Below, in pieces: positions 28,615 to 37,924 of a DNA stretch of 64,000 bases. A program made the position numbers and the translations under genes. Origin of the DNA: Bdellovibrionota bacterium. GTDB lineage: Bacteria; Bdellovibrionota; UBA1018; UBA923. The stretch is taken from NCBI GenBank assembly GCA_040754655.1, contig JBFMCE010000001.1:9997-73996 (forward strand), given 5' to 3'. A model generated the notes under the pieces. That model did not search any database and was not told the DNA's origin. It saw only the letters and a list, made by a program, of their open reading frames with translations. Within the stretch, counting starts at the first letter, position 1; every line of letters starts with the position of its first letter.

Positions 28615-30681
28615 ATGCGTTTAATCAAATGGCTTGCCCTTTTCTTATATCGTTCTTCGCGTGAGTTGGCTGCTGGCGAAAATCGTTCTGCCATAAGGGC
28701 GAAGTACATCGCTTATGGCGCGATTTTGCTCGGCACTTTCAGCCTATTCGCCATTCTTCTAGGCAATGAGGCCCTTAGGTGGAAGAACACATCCCCAGAG
28801 TTCGTTCTTGAGCCCAAGTCTTGGCGTTTCGTCATCGATGACGGACCGCTTTCTCAATCAAACCCGTCGATCTGCCAAACTGAAGCCTTCGTGAATTATG
28901 AATGCCCGGTGCATCCGCAGAATCCGAAGCTCTGGCAAAGCCCTTTGACCCGATTCGATGAAACTTATTACAAGCACTTCAGAAGTTTTTCTCAAAGTCG
29001 GTTCTGGATTGGTGCATCGATTGAGCCGCAAGTAGTAAAGCAGATTTCAGATGCGGGCGCAAATCACCTGATTTTAGGCTGGATCAAGGGTCATTATAAG
29101 CTTTGGATCGATGGCGAGTTCATTACTGAAGGCAGCAGGGAAGATCGCGAACCCATCGTGCTGGCGTTGCCTCGCGGGATGTTTGTTGAAACCAAACCGC
29201 TGCAGATCGCTTTGGAAGTCTTGCCTGAGAAGGGCGCCGCGTTTCCAGACATCCTGGCGCGTCCTTTGAAGGAAGGTTTTGGCGTGAAAGCTCAGGCGCG
29301 CGCCTATAAAAGCATTTCAAGTTTTTGGAAAAAATCGCGTCCATTCGCTCTTTTCTTCATGAACCTCTTGTTCTCGTTCTTATTCTTCCTTCTCTGGCAT
29401 TCTGAACGCGAGAAGCAAGAATATTTCTACATCTCAAGCTATGCTTTGATGAGCGCTGTTTTTCAGCTGCGGTTGACCGATCTTTTCTTGAGCGCATTCG
29501 ATCCGAACGTGAATTATTCGCTCGATATCTTATTGCGTTTTTCGGAAGGCAGTTTGGGTTTGTTCCTGGGACTCGCTTTTGCACGCAGCCGCAGGGAGTT
29601 TTTTCAATGGGGCATCTCGCTTTGCGTGATCCTGCCCAGCATCGTGGCGTTCAGCCTTTCTGACGGTCCGTCAAAGTACCGGTTCAATGATTTCTTGGAT
29701 CAATGGCTGGTGCCGGTATTTTACTTGTTGGGCGCAGCTGCTTGCGCGTTGCAAGCGGTTCTCTTGTTTTCATACCGAAATAAGAAGCAAGCGGTTCCGG
29801 TGAGAATGAAGCGATTGATTTACTTTAGCATTGGGCTTGGGGGCGTGGCATTGACCTATATTCTTCAATCGCATCACTTGGTCTCGTTCGTTCACAGGAT
29901 GTTTCTTTCAAGGTTCGCTCATTTCGGGCTTGTTCTTTTTCTTGGCGTGATAGCGCTTTTTGAATATCGCGAGCAGAAGAAGCTCCTCAAGAAAACCCCG
30001 CTTTCTCAGTATCACCAAAGGCCCGTGCTCCCAGAGAAGCTGTTTGGCGTCATTCTTTGTGTCGACATCAAACGTTCAGAGCTTCTTTTTTCGCGTTTTG
30101 CCCGGCAGTCAAACCCTGCGCGTTTGATGGAAGCTTGCCTTTCCCATCTTTGGTCATCGGCAGCAGAAAAAGGCGCGGTGATTCTGCAAACCGAGGGCGA
30201 TCAAATCAAGCTATTCTTTGACTCAGCGAACTGCGCTGATCCCGTTGAGGCGGCGCTGGAAGCCACCGATCTTATGATGAAGCGCCTTGGCGTTTTGCAT
30301 GGGCAGTTTGTGGCGCAAAACTGGATTTCTGTTCAATGCGAGCGCATTGAATTCAGGGCCGCCATCAGTTCTGGCGCGATCAAACCTGTCTGGCAAGAGG
30401 TGGGGGGCACGCGACTTGGCGCTTGGGCTGAAGTAGATGAGTCGCGCCCTTTTATCGAGAATGCTCGATTGATCGAGATTGAGCGCGCGTTGAACCATGA
30501 TGAGAGCATTGTTTTAATCCCCGAAGAATTGGCAAAACAAGTAGCCGGATCGTCGAAACCGAAATTCAGAGATCGGTTTTTATTTCGGGCTCAAAATCAT
30601 GCCGCTAAACACGGGCAAATATACTGCGTGAGCGCTTTTGTGCCGCGTGCAGAATCGACGGGCGCCGCCCTAGCCGCCTAA
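28615..30681 (+). CDS. 7TM receptor (7TMR-DISM-like) with a C-terminal class III nucleotide cyclase-like domain that is possibly degenerate
   Basis: An extracytoplasmic N-terminal domain of about 230 aa, then seven hydrophobic helices, then a C-terminal region with VDIKRSELL...ILQTEGDQIKLFF. These correspond to the DIxGFT and TxGDxxMA motifs of the cyclase homology domain. Confidence 0.5.
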   Translation: MRLIKWLALFLYRSSRELAAGENRSAIRAKYIAYGAILLGTFSLFAILLGNEALRWKNTSPEFVLEPKSWRFVIDDGPLSQSNPSICQTEAFVNYECPVHPQNPKLWQSPLTRFDETYYKHFRSFSQSRFWIGASIEPQVVKQISDAGANHLILGWIKGHYKLWIDGEFITEGSREDREPIVLALPRGMFVETKPLQIALEVLPEKGAAFPDILARPLKEGFGVKAQARAYKSISSFWKKSRPFALFFMNLLFSFLFFLLWHSEREKQEYFYISSYALMSAVFQLRLTDLFLSAFDPNVNYSLDILLRFSEGSLGLFLGLAFARSRREFFQWGISLCVILPSIVAFSLSDGPSKYRFNDFLDQWLVPVFYLLGAAACALQAVLLFSYRNKKQAVPVRMKRLIYFSIGLGGVALTYILQSHHLVSFVHRMFLSRFAHFGLVLFLGVIALFEYREQKKLLKKTPLSQYHQRPVLPEKLFGVILCVDIKRSELLFSRFARQSNPARLMEACLSHLWSSAAEKGAVILQTEGDQIKLFFDSANCADPVEAALEATDLMMKRLGVLHGQFVAQNWISVQCERIEFRAAISSGAIKPVWQEVGGTRLGAWAEVDESRPFIENARLIEIERALNHDESIVLIPEELAKQVAGSSKPKFRDRFLFRAQNHAAKHGQIYCVSAFVPRAESTGAALAA

Positions 30682-30695
30682 AAAAGCTTGCCTCA

Positions 30696-31973
30696 TCAAG
30701 GAACAGTCGCAACACACCTGAAACCAAGGTCGTTGAGTGAGAAGTTCGACTGCACCCAGAGCGAAGCCGTGAAAACCCCAGCGTTTGCGGTACCGTATTG
30801 CCAGCTTCCGCTTCGCGAGAGAGCTCCGCCTGTGCCGCCAAAGATCGTGCCCATACCGTTATTGCTGTCATAGTACGTAAGCGTTGAAGAATCAGCAAGC
30901 GGTCCAAAGAGCAGGCGGTTCGCGGTGTGGGTGAAATCGAAGTAGGTGGTGTCTGAGTATTCTCTCCACGCATTTCCACCCAAGGCGGGATTCAGCGTTG
31001 ATCCATCGATGCTGTTTGAGGTCCATTCCCAAACGTTTCCAGCCAAGTCCCAAATCTCTTCATTGTTGCTTAGGGTGTGGGTTCTGCGTTGTTCCCATCC
31101 TCCGCCAGGGGCTTGAACTGCGGCATTGCCGGTTTGATCATAAGGGTCGTTTAAGTCCGAGATTGAAACGCTTGCGGCAGGGCTGCCATCAGAGTTTCCC
31201 TGGGCCAGGCGACCTGAACCTACTGCAAGACCGCTCCAGTTTGCGGCAACGCTTTCAACGTTTCTTGCCACCGTTTGCCACTGGTCGTTCGTAGGCAAAG
31301 CCCAACCGCGCTCCGTGCATTCATTTGAAGCTTGTGCCCGGGTGACGAACCTCCACGGAGGCCCATCGGTGCGCACTTCCGCCCTGTAGTCTGCGAAATT
31401 GCCGCCAGTGATATCTCCGTCGGCATCTACAGTTCCTGAAGAAATGAGAACGGCCTTCATTTCAAACTTCGCCAAGCAAAAATCCGCTGTGGAATAAGTC
31501 ACGCTTCCGGGAACAGCGACGAAGTTCGTGGGACACGAGAGAGCGATCGTATCCGAACCGCTCGAGGAAACCGTTCCGCCAGCGTCACGAACCCAAACGT
31601 AAACAGTCTTACTGCCAAGCCCGCTTGCGAGCGTGTGGGCGTTGGGAGAGGTGATATCGGCATCCCAAACGCAGCTCGCCACGGTAGTGTCATTTCGAAT
31701 GCAAATTTCAACAGGTGTCCCTGTCGTCGTAAAGGCGACGGAAACCGAAGTGGTTGTTGTTGAAGCAGCTCCGGCATCAATTGAAACAGAAGCTACCGTT
31801 GGGCCTGATGAGCCACTTCCGCCAGATGATCCTGATGAGCCCGATGAAGAATCTCCGCCACCACCGCCGCCGCCCCCGCCAGCAGATGCAGCTTTCTTCC
31901 CCACAGCGCCGCAGCCAGACAACATAAGTATGCCTAGAACAAAACAAACGAGCTTAGAAACTTTTCGAAACAT
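30696..31973 (-). CDS. lipoprotein with a formylglycine-generating enzyme (FGE/SUMF1)-type domain
   Basis: Lipobox LMLSGC, a poly-Gly/Ser linker, an Ig-like region, and DLAGNVWEWTSN plus RCVA, which are hallmark motifs of the FGE-sulfatase family. Confidence 0.75.
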   Translation of the reverse strand: MFRKVSKLVCFVLGILMLSGCGAVGKKAASAGGGGGGGGGDSSSGSSGSSGGSGSSGPTVASVSIDAGAASTTTTSVSVAFTTTGTPVEICIRNDTTVASCVWDADITSPNAHTLASGLGSKTVYVWVRDAGGTVSSSGSDTIALSCPTNFVAVPGSVTYSTADFCLAKFEMKAVLISSGTVDADGDITGGNFADYRAEVRTDGPPWRFVTRAQASNECTERGWALPTNDQWQTVARNVESVAANWSGLAVGSGRLAQGNSDGSPAASVSISDLNDPYDQTGNAAVQAPGGGWEQRRTHTLSNNEEIWDLAGNVWEWTSNSIDGSTLNPALGGNAWREYSDTTYFDFTHTANRLLFGPLADSSTLTYYDSNNGMGTIFGGTGGALSRSGSWQYGTANAGVFTASLWVQSNFSLNDLGFRCVATVP

Positions 31974-32095
31974 AATTCACAATCCCTTAACGAAATTGTC
32001 TCACATTTCGATCTTTAGTTTACCAAATTAGTTTATTATTTTTATGTAATAAAATCAGCAACTTAAGATGTGCTGTTATGGTTTTTTAACAGTGA

Positions 32096-32950
32096 TTACG
32101 GCTTAGGACGGGTACAAGAGGCCATCAAGATGTTTTGTAGGGCCATACTCTTTTCGGCAAGAACCTTACTGCTTTCCTTAACCTGGTCCGGGTACCTCTT
32201 TGTGAGGAGCACTGAAAAACCAAACAGTTTTGCGCCAACAGGGGCATAGTGAACGGTAGAGGCTGCGACTTGCTGGGGATCTGGATTGCCCTCTTGAGTA
32301 TGCGCATCGGCCAGAGAAAGGCTGATCAACGACCACTTTTGATCACGCACCGTCACCGTAACTTTCGCCGTGAATTCACTTTGAATTCCGTGCTTTTGCA
32401 GCAGAGGATCGATTCTATCGATCGCTTTCCAGTACATAGACCAGGGGGATGCGGCAATAGAAACCCCGTGCTCATTGCTGACTATCGCGCCGAAAGTGCG
32501 TCCGTCAGAGCCCAGAGGGTACTTTGCAGAAAGGTCGACAAAAAACGGAGCTTCCTTAAGATAGAGCTCTCCGAACTCAAGTACATGTATTTCGCTACCC
32601 GGCTTCCAGTTTTCTTGAACAACGTAACCCTTGCCGATGAGCCGCTCGGGAGCTTTGCCATAAGTGGTGGTTTTGCCCTCTTTGAGTCCTTCCCCAGAGT
32701 ACAAGCCCATAACCATGTTCCAAGCGGCTTCATGATCTTCGGGCAATTTGATCGTGACCTCTCGCAGTGGAACTTGAGTTCTTACAGTCAACGTACACTG
32801 CAAATCGTTCGGCAGAACAGGAACGGCAAGAACCGGGCCTTGTGGTTTTTGCGGGAGCTGTTGTGGATCAGCCTCATTTGCAAATGACATCGAGCCCAAA
32901 AAACCACAGACGATTGTATACAAGAAAAGACGAATTGCGATCATGACCAC
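32096..32950 (-). CDS. hypothetical exported protein
   Basis: A hydrophobic signal peptide follows MVMIAIRLFLYTIVCGFLGSMSFA. No family recognised. Confidence 0.4.
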   Translation of the reverse strand: MVMIAIRLFLYTIVCGFLGSMSFANEADPQQLPQKPQGPVLAVPVLPNDLQCTLTVRTQVPLREVTIKLPEDHEAAWNMVMGLYSGEGLKEGKTTTYGKAPERLIGKGYVVQENWKPGSEIHVLEFGELYLKEAPFFVDLSAKYPLGSDGRTFGAIVSNEHGVSIAASPWSMYWKAIDRIDPLLQKHGIQSEFTAKVTVTVRDQKWSLISLSLADAHTQEGNPDPQQVAASTVHYAPVGAKLFGFSVLLTKRYPDQVKESSKVLAEKSMALQNILMASCTRPKP

Positions 32951-33051
32951 TCCTTAAGCGTTTGATCTAAAACACCTAGCCTGTGCATTTTATGTTGTCA
33001 GCATCGAAGTAGAGTCATTAATTGAGATTGAATTGGAGATGTCGCGATGCG

Positions 33052-33852
33052 CTATGGGATGGTTTTTAGCCAAGTATTCCCTAGTTTTTCAACTTCCAGG
33101 TCAATCTGACTTCCGGGCTCAAGCGCTATCGCTGCCGTAGCAGCGCCGGTCAACACGATGCTTCCGGCTTTGAGTGAGAGCCCCCGCGAATCCAAAAGTG
33201 AGCATAACTCAACAAGCGAGTAGACCGGATTGCCTGATACCGCGCTCGAAACCGCAGATTCCACCACTTTGCCATTCACTTGCATCGTCAGTTCAAGCCT
33301 AGCGAGATCATCCACCTGAAACTCTCGCGCGGAAAACTTTCGCTGGCCCAAAACAAACTTTGATGAAGAGCAGTTGTCGGCAACGACGTCGGGCAACGAG
33401 AAGTATTTGAAGTTGAGAAACCGCGAATCCAAGATTTCCAGCGCTGGGCAAACCCAAGCGCATGCCGCGAGCGCTTGTTCTGGAGTCACCTTTCCAGAGA
33501 GCTCTTTTTCAATGATGAAGGCAATTTCAGGTTCGATCTTCGGGTGGATGCTGCCCGTGAGCGAAAAGTTTTGTCGCTCTGATAATTGCATCTTATCGGT
33601 GAGGATGCCGTAAATGGGCGCATCAAGGTTCATTTGCTTGCGCTTCGCTTCAGAAGTGAGCCCCATCTTGTAGCCTACCTCGCGTTCGCCTCGGATGCGC
33701 CGAAACCGGATGCCTTCGTCTTGAATGAGGTAGGCATCAGACAAACTTAGATCGGCGAACGTTGCTGTGAGTCTTTCAATCTCATAAGCTTGTACTAATG
33801 CGTCATCAACTACTCTGGCGAGCTTTTGGATTTCTTGAACCTTCAATGGCAT
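33052..33852 (-). CDS. 2-keto-4-pentenoate hydratase / 4-oxalocrotonate decarboxylase family protein
   Basis: MhpD/XylI/XylJ-like sequence. It sits divergently from the kynurenine cluster. Confidence 0.6.
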   Translation of the reverse strand: MPLKVQEIQKLARVVDDALVQAYEIERLTATFADLSLSDAYLIQDEGIRFRRIRGEREVGYKMGLTSEAKRKQMNLDAPIYGILTDKMQLSERQNFSLTGSIHPKIEPEIAFIIEKELSGKVTPEQALAACAWVCPALEILDSRFLNFKYFSLPDVVADNCSSSKFVLGQRKFSAREFQVDDLARLELTMQVNGKVVESAVSSAVSGNPVYSLVELCSLLDSRGLSLKAGSIVLTGAATAAIALEPGSQIDLEVEKLGNTWLKTIP

Positions 33853-33927
33853 AGTCAAAAACTCTTATATTGAAGCAAACACCAATTGGGAACTAGATTC
33901 TCAATAGAAACTGTGTTGAATAAAGCC

Positions 33928-34587
33928 ATGACCGATAAATCAGCCGTTAAACTCAAGGAAGGCATCGCTTACTACGATATTTCTCCTGAGATCACGGAAA
34001 ACACCGCCGTATTTCCCGGCGATGTAGCCTATTCGCGCAGGGTGTCGCTTGATTTCGAAAAAGGTGACGCGCTTTTGCTCTCTTCGGTGGAATCGACTCT
34101 TCATCTCGGGGCTCATGTTGATTCCCCAGGCCACTACAATCGGGCAGGCGCCGGCATTGAAGCGCGAAACTTGAACTATTACATGGGGCCTTGTCAGGTC
34201 ATCACAGTCGATCTTCCCCGGGGCGAGCGCGTCTATCCCAAAGACATTTCATCCCAAGCGATCGAAACCCAGAGAGTTTTGTTTCGGACGCGATCTTTTC
34301 CGAATCCAAATTCGTGGAATGGCGATTTCAATTCCCTTTCAGCGCAACTTGTCGACGATCTCGCCTCGAAAGGCGTGGTTTTAGTGGGAATAGACACGCC
34401 CTCGATCGATCCTGCCGAAGACAAGGCGCTTGAAGCGCATCAGGCCGTGTATAAAAACAATTTAGCAGTGCTGGAAGGCATTGTCTTGGACGCGGTTCCC
34501 GACGGCGTTTACAAACTCATCGCTCTGCCTCTTCGGTTGAAAGGAGCGGATGCATCGCCTGTGAGGGCAATTTTATGCAAAGAATAA
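33928..34587 (+). CDS. kynB: kynurenine formamidase (cyclase-family arylformamidase, KynB)
   Basis: KynB/cyclase family HxGxHxD motif ([11 protein letters not shown]). The start could instead be at 33886. Confidence 0.7.
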   Translation: MTDKSAVKLKEGIAYYDISPEITENTAVFPGDVAYSRRVSLDFEKGDALLLSSVESTLHLGAHVDSPGHYNRAGAGIEARNLNYYMGPCQVITVDLPRGERVYPKDISSQAIETQRVLFRTRSFPNPNSWNGDFNSLSAQLVDDLASKGVVLVGIDTPSIDPAEDKALEAHQAVYKNNLAVLEGIVLDAVPDGVYKLIALPLRLKGADASPVRAILCKE

Positions 34588-36017
34588 AAAACTACATCGG
34601 TGGAGAATGGAGCGAGGCCGCAGGTGGCGGTCAACTTGAGAATTGGAACCCCGCTCGCGGCGAAGTGTATTCTACCCTTCCGGATTCTTCTGAAAGCGAT
34701 GTTGAGCACGCGGTGCAAGCGGCAAAACAAGCCCTTCCCGAATGGTCTGGACGTTCGATACGCGAGCGCGCGCAGTTCTTAAAAAAGCTTGCAGCGGGCG
34801 TTGATGCTCATAAAGAAGAGCTAGCGCGAGCAGAGAGCATCGATACCGGCAAGCCTTTTCATGTGGCATCAGCGGTCGATATTCCGAGAAGCGCGTTGAA
34901 CTTTGAGTTTTTTGCCGAAGCAATTGCCCAGTTTTCAACAGAGTTTCATCAAACTGATGCGGCGACGCTGAATTACACACTGCGATCTCCTTGGGGAGTC
35001 GTGGGATGCATCACTCCTTGGAACCTTCCGCTCTATCTTTTGACGTGGAAGATCGCTCCGGCGTTGGCGGCCGGGAATTGCGTGGTCGCCAAACCCTCTG
35101 AGGTCACGCCGATGACGGCTCAGATGCTCAGTGAAATCTGTCATGAAGCGGGTCTACCCCGCGGAGTCCTCAATATCGTGCATGGTTCAGGTTCAAAGGT
35201 CGGGGCAGCGATCGCGCGGCACCCTGAAGTTTCGGTCGTATCATTCACGGGTAGCACCAAGACGGGCGGTGAGATCGCGAAAGAGGCGGCTCCTTACTTT
35301 AAAAAGCTCTCTTTAGAGATGGGAGGCAAGAATCCGAATATTGTCTTTGCCGACTGCGATTTTGAACTCGCGCTTAAAGAGACCCTGCGCGCCGCTTTTT
35401 CAAACCAAGGTCAAATCTGCCTTTGCGGTTCGCGCATTTTCATTGAGGCATCGATTTATGAGAAGTTCAAGACCGCTCTCATTGAACGCACCCGCGCGAT
35501 GAAGGTGGGTGATCCATTCAATCCCGCAAACGATCAAGGCTCTTTGGTTTCAAAGTTGCATTACGAAAAAGTATTGGGTGCGATAAAAACGGCAAAAAAA
35601 GAAGGCGGACGCATCCTTATAGGAGGCAATCCGGCGCGGGTCGAAGGAGCAAATGCCAAAGGCTGGTTCATTGAACCTACTTTGATTGAAGGGCTGGGTT
35701 CTCAGTGCCAAACCAATCAAGAAGAGATTTTTGGGCCGGTCGCCACGCTTGTTCCTTTCGAGCGTGAAAGAGATGTCCTCGCATGGGCCAATGATACAAG
35801 GTATGGCCTTGCGGCAAGTGTTTTCACCCGTGATCTTGGCAGGGCTCACCGATTCGCCGCCGGCTTGAGGGCGGGCGTGGTGTGGATCAATTGCTGGATG
35901 TTGCGGGACTTGCGCACCCCGTTTGGAGGGATGAAAGACTCGGGCGTGGGAAGGGAAGGCGGTTTCGAGGCGTTGCGTTTCTTCACGGAGGCAAAAAATG
36001 TATGTCTGAAGATCTGA
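34575..36017 (+). CDS. NAD-dependent aldehyde dehydrogenase (2-aminomuconate semialdehyde dehydrogenase-like)
   Basis: ALDH family catalytic Cys (GQICLCGSR) and the Glu motif LEMGGKNP. Context assigns it to the kynurenine pathway. Confidence 0.8.
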   Translation: MQRIKNYIGGEWSEAAGGGQLENWNPARGEVYSTLPDSSESDVEHAVQAAKQALPEWSGRSIRERAQFLKKLAAGVDAHKEELARAESIDTGKPFHVASAVDIPRSALNFEFFAEAIAQFSTEFHQTDAATLNYTLRSPWGVVGCITPWNLPLYLLTWKIAPALAAGNCVVAKPSEVTPMTAQMLSEICHEAGLPRGVLNIVHGSGSKVGAAIARHPEVSVVSFTGSTKTGGEIAKEAAPYFKKLSLEMGGKNPNIVFADCDFELALKETLRAAFSNQGQICLCGSRIFIEASIYEKFKTALIERTRAMKVGDPFNPANDQGSLVSKLHYEKVLGAIKTAKKEGGRILIGGNPARVEGANAKGWFIEPTLIEGLGSQCQTNQEEIFGPVATLVPFERERDVLAWANDTRYGLAASVFTRDLGRAHRFAAGLRAGVVWINCWMLRDLRTPFGGMKDSGVGREGGFEALRFFTEAKNVCLKI

Positions 36018-36433
36018 ACGAGAAACGGAAGATATATTCCGAACGTGCTCCAGAGCCCGTGGGGCTTTACCCTCACGCAAGAAAAGTGGGAAGCCTGCTT
36101 TTTCTTTCAGGCGTCGGGCCTCGAGAGCGCGGCTCAAAAAAAATCCCGGGCGTTGAGCTTGGTGCCGACGGCGAGATCATTTCTTATGACATTGAAATTC
36201 AGTGCCATTCGGTTTTTAAGAATGTGAAAAACATTCTCGAAGAAGCGGGCTCAGATTGGAGCAAGCTTGTTGATGTGACTGTTTTCTTGACGGATATGAA
36301 AAAAGACTTTGCGGCCTATAACCGTATTTACGCCGAGTATTTCAGGGAAAACCAGCCTTGTCGCACTACGATTGAAATCAAAAGCCTTCCTACCCCGATC
36401 GCAATTGAATTGAAGTGCATCGCAACCGTATGA
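36002..36433 (+). CDS. RidA/YjgF family deaminase (2-aminomuconate deaminase-like)
   Basis: RidA fold signature ([14 protein letters not shown]...). GGAGG RBS. It overlaps the ALDH 3' end. Confidence 0.7.
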   Translation: MSEDLNEKRKIYSERAPEPVGLYPHARKVGSLLFLSGVGPRERGSKKIPGVELGADGEIISYDIEIQCHSVFKNVKNILEEAGSDWSKLVDVTVFLTDMKKDFAAYNRIYAEYFRENQPCRTTIEIKSLPTPIAIELKCIATV

Positions 36434-36933
36434 AACCGATTAATTTCAAGAAATGGATTGATGAGAACCGCCATCTGCTCAAGCCTCCCGTAGGGAACAA
36501 GCAGATTTGGGAAGACCGGGAATTCATGGTGACGGTCGTTGGCGGACCTAATTCAAGAACTGACTACCACATCAACGAGGGAGAAGAATTCTTCTACCAA
36601 CTCGAAGGGGATATCGTCTTGAAAGTACTCGAAGATGGAAAACCATGTGACATCCCCATTCAAGAAGGCGAGATCTTTCTTTTGCCTCCCCGGGTGCCTC
36701 ATTCGCCCCAACGTCCGGCGAACACCGTGGGGCTTGTTCTAGAGCGCAAACGCCTTGCGCATGAGAAAGACGGTTTTCTTTGGGTCTGTAAGAATTGCGG
36801 TCAGAAGCTTTATGAGGAGTACTTTCATCTCACCGACATCGTGAGTCAGCTGCCTCCGGTGTTTGAGCGCTTTTACGGGCGCGCTCAGAACACGACCTGT
36901 CGAAACTGCGGAACTTCGCATGCAAAAAATTGA
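36430..36933 (+). CDS. 3-hydroxyanthranilate 3,4-dioxygenase
   Basis: Near-identical motifs to characterised 3HAO (EEFFYQLEGDIVLKVLEDGK...GEIFLLPPRVPHSPQR), plus a C-terminal CxxC...CxxC rubredoxin-like site. ATGA overlap with the upstream gene. Confidence 0.85.
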   Translation: MKPINFKKWIDENRHLLKPPVGNKQIWEDREFMVTVVGGPNSRTDYHINEGEEFFYQLEGDIVLKVLEDGKPCDIPIQEGEIFLLPPRVPHSPQRPANTVGLVLERKRLAHEKDGFLWVCKNCGQKLYEEYFHLTDIVSQLPPVFERFYGRAQNTTCRNCGTSHAKN

Positions 36934-37924
36934 TATCCACACGCACATCCTTCCGAAAAATCTGCCTCGGCTCAAAGAAAAATACGGCTACGGCGGGTTC
37001 ATCCAGCTTGATCACCACAAGCCATGCGGAGCCCGGATGTTGCGCGATGACGGAAAATTCTTCCGAGAAATCGAGAGCAATTGCTGGGATGCAGGGCGCC
37101 GCGTCTTAGAGTGCGATCAAGCAGGTATCGGTCGACAAGTGCTCTCAACGGTTCCCGTGATGTTCAGCTATTGGGCTAAGCCCGCAGATGCCGCAGATCT
37201 CTCAAAATTCTTGAATGACCACATCGCGGAAGTCGTGGGTGAGCATCCGACGCGCTTTTCAGGGCTAGCTACGTTGCCCTTGCAGGCGCCCAAGTTGGCT
37301 GTCAAAGAGCTTGAGCGGTGCAAAAGGAGTTTGGGCCTTTCGGGCATCCAGATCGGCACCCATGTCAATGATTGGAACTTAAACGAGCCAGCGCTCTTTG
37401 AGGTGTTCGAGGCGGCGCAAGAGTTGGGGGCCGCGATTTTCATTCACCCGTGGGACATGATGGGCGAGAGCCGAATGCCAAAGTATTGGCTTCCTTGGCT
37501 GGTCGGGATGCCAGCCGAGGTGTCGCTTGCGATCTGTTCGATGATTTTTGGAGGGGTTTTTGAACGGCTTCCGCGATTGAGGGTGGCGTTCGCCCATGGC
37601 GGCGGCGCATTTGGGCCAACGCTTGGGCGCATCGAGCATGGGTTTCACGCACGGCCAGACTTGTGCGCTGTGGATAATTCTGTGAATCCCAAAAGCTATA
37701 TTGGAAGATTTTACGTCGACTCGTTGGTGCACGATCCGAAAATGTTGAAATACCTCGTCGATCTCTTTGGAGAGACGAAAGTCGCATTGGGTTCGGATTA
37801 CCCTTTTCCATTAGGCGAAAATACACCAGGCGCTTTGATCGAATCGATGCCTGAACTGAGCGATCAGGTGAAACGACGGCTCTTGTACCAGAACGCTAAA
37901 GAATGGTTGGGACTCTCGATATGA
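36920..37924 (+). CDS. 2-amino-3-carboxymuconate-6-semialdehyde decarboxylase (ACMSD, amidohydrolase_2)
   Basis: MQKIDIHTHILP metal-binding N-terminus and the amidohydrolase-2 fold. Confidence 0.8.
   Translation: MQKIDIHTHILPKNLPRLKEKYGYGGFIQLDHHKPCGARMLRDDGKFFREIESNCWDAGRRVLECDQAGIGRQVLSTVPVMFSYWAKPADAADLSKFLNDHIAEVVGEHPTRFSGLATLPLQAPKLAVKELERCKRSLGLSGIQIGTHVNDWNLNEPALFEVFEAAQELGAAIFIHPWDMMGESRMPKYWLPWLVGMPAEVSLAICSMIFGGVFERLPRLRVAFAHGGGAFGPTLGRIEHGFHARPDLCAVDNSVNPKSYIGRFYVDSLVHDPKMLKYLVDLFGETKVALGSDYPFPLGENTPGALIESMPELSDQVKRRLLYQNAKEWLGLSI

Noticed and set aside
31790-31910. GC-rich repetitive tract (ccgccgccgccc and gatgatcctgatgag)
   Set aside because: It lies inside the minus-strand FGE-lipoprotein CDS and encodes its poly-Gly/Ser/Asp linker. 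It is not a CRISPR array or a non-coding repeat.
32073-32092. Hairpin CTGTTA-N8-TAACAG downstream of the 32096 minus-strand gene
   Set aside because: The stem is only 6 bp and AT-rich, and no U-tract follows on either strand, so an intrinsic-terminator call is not supported.
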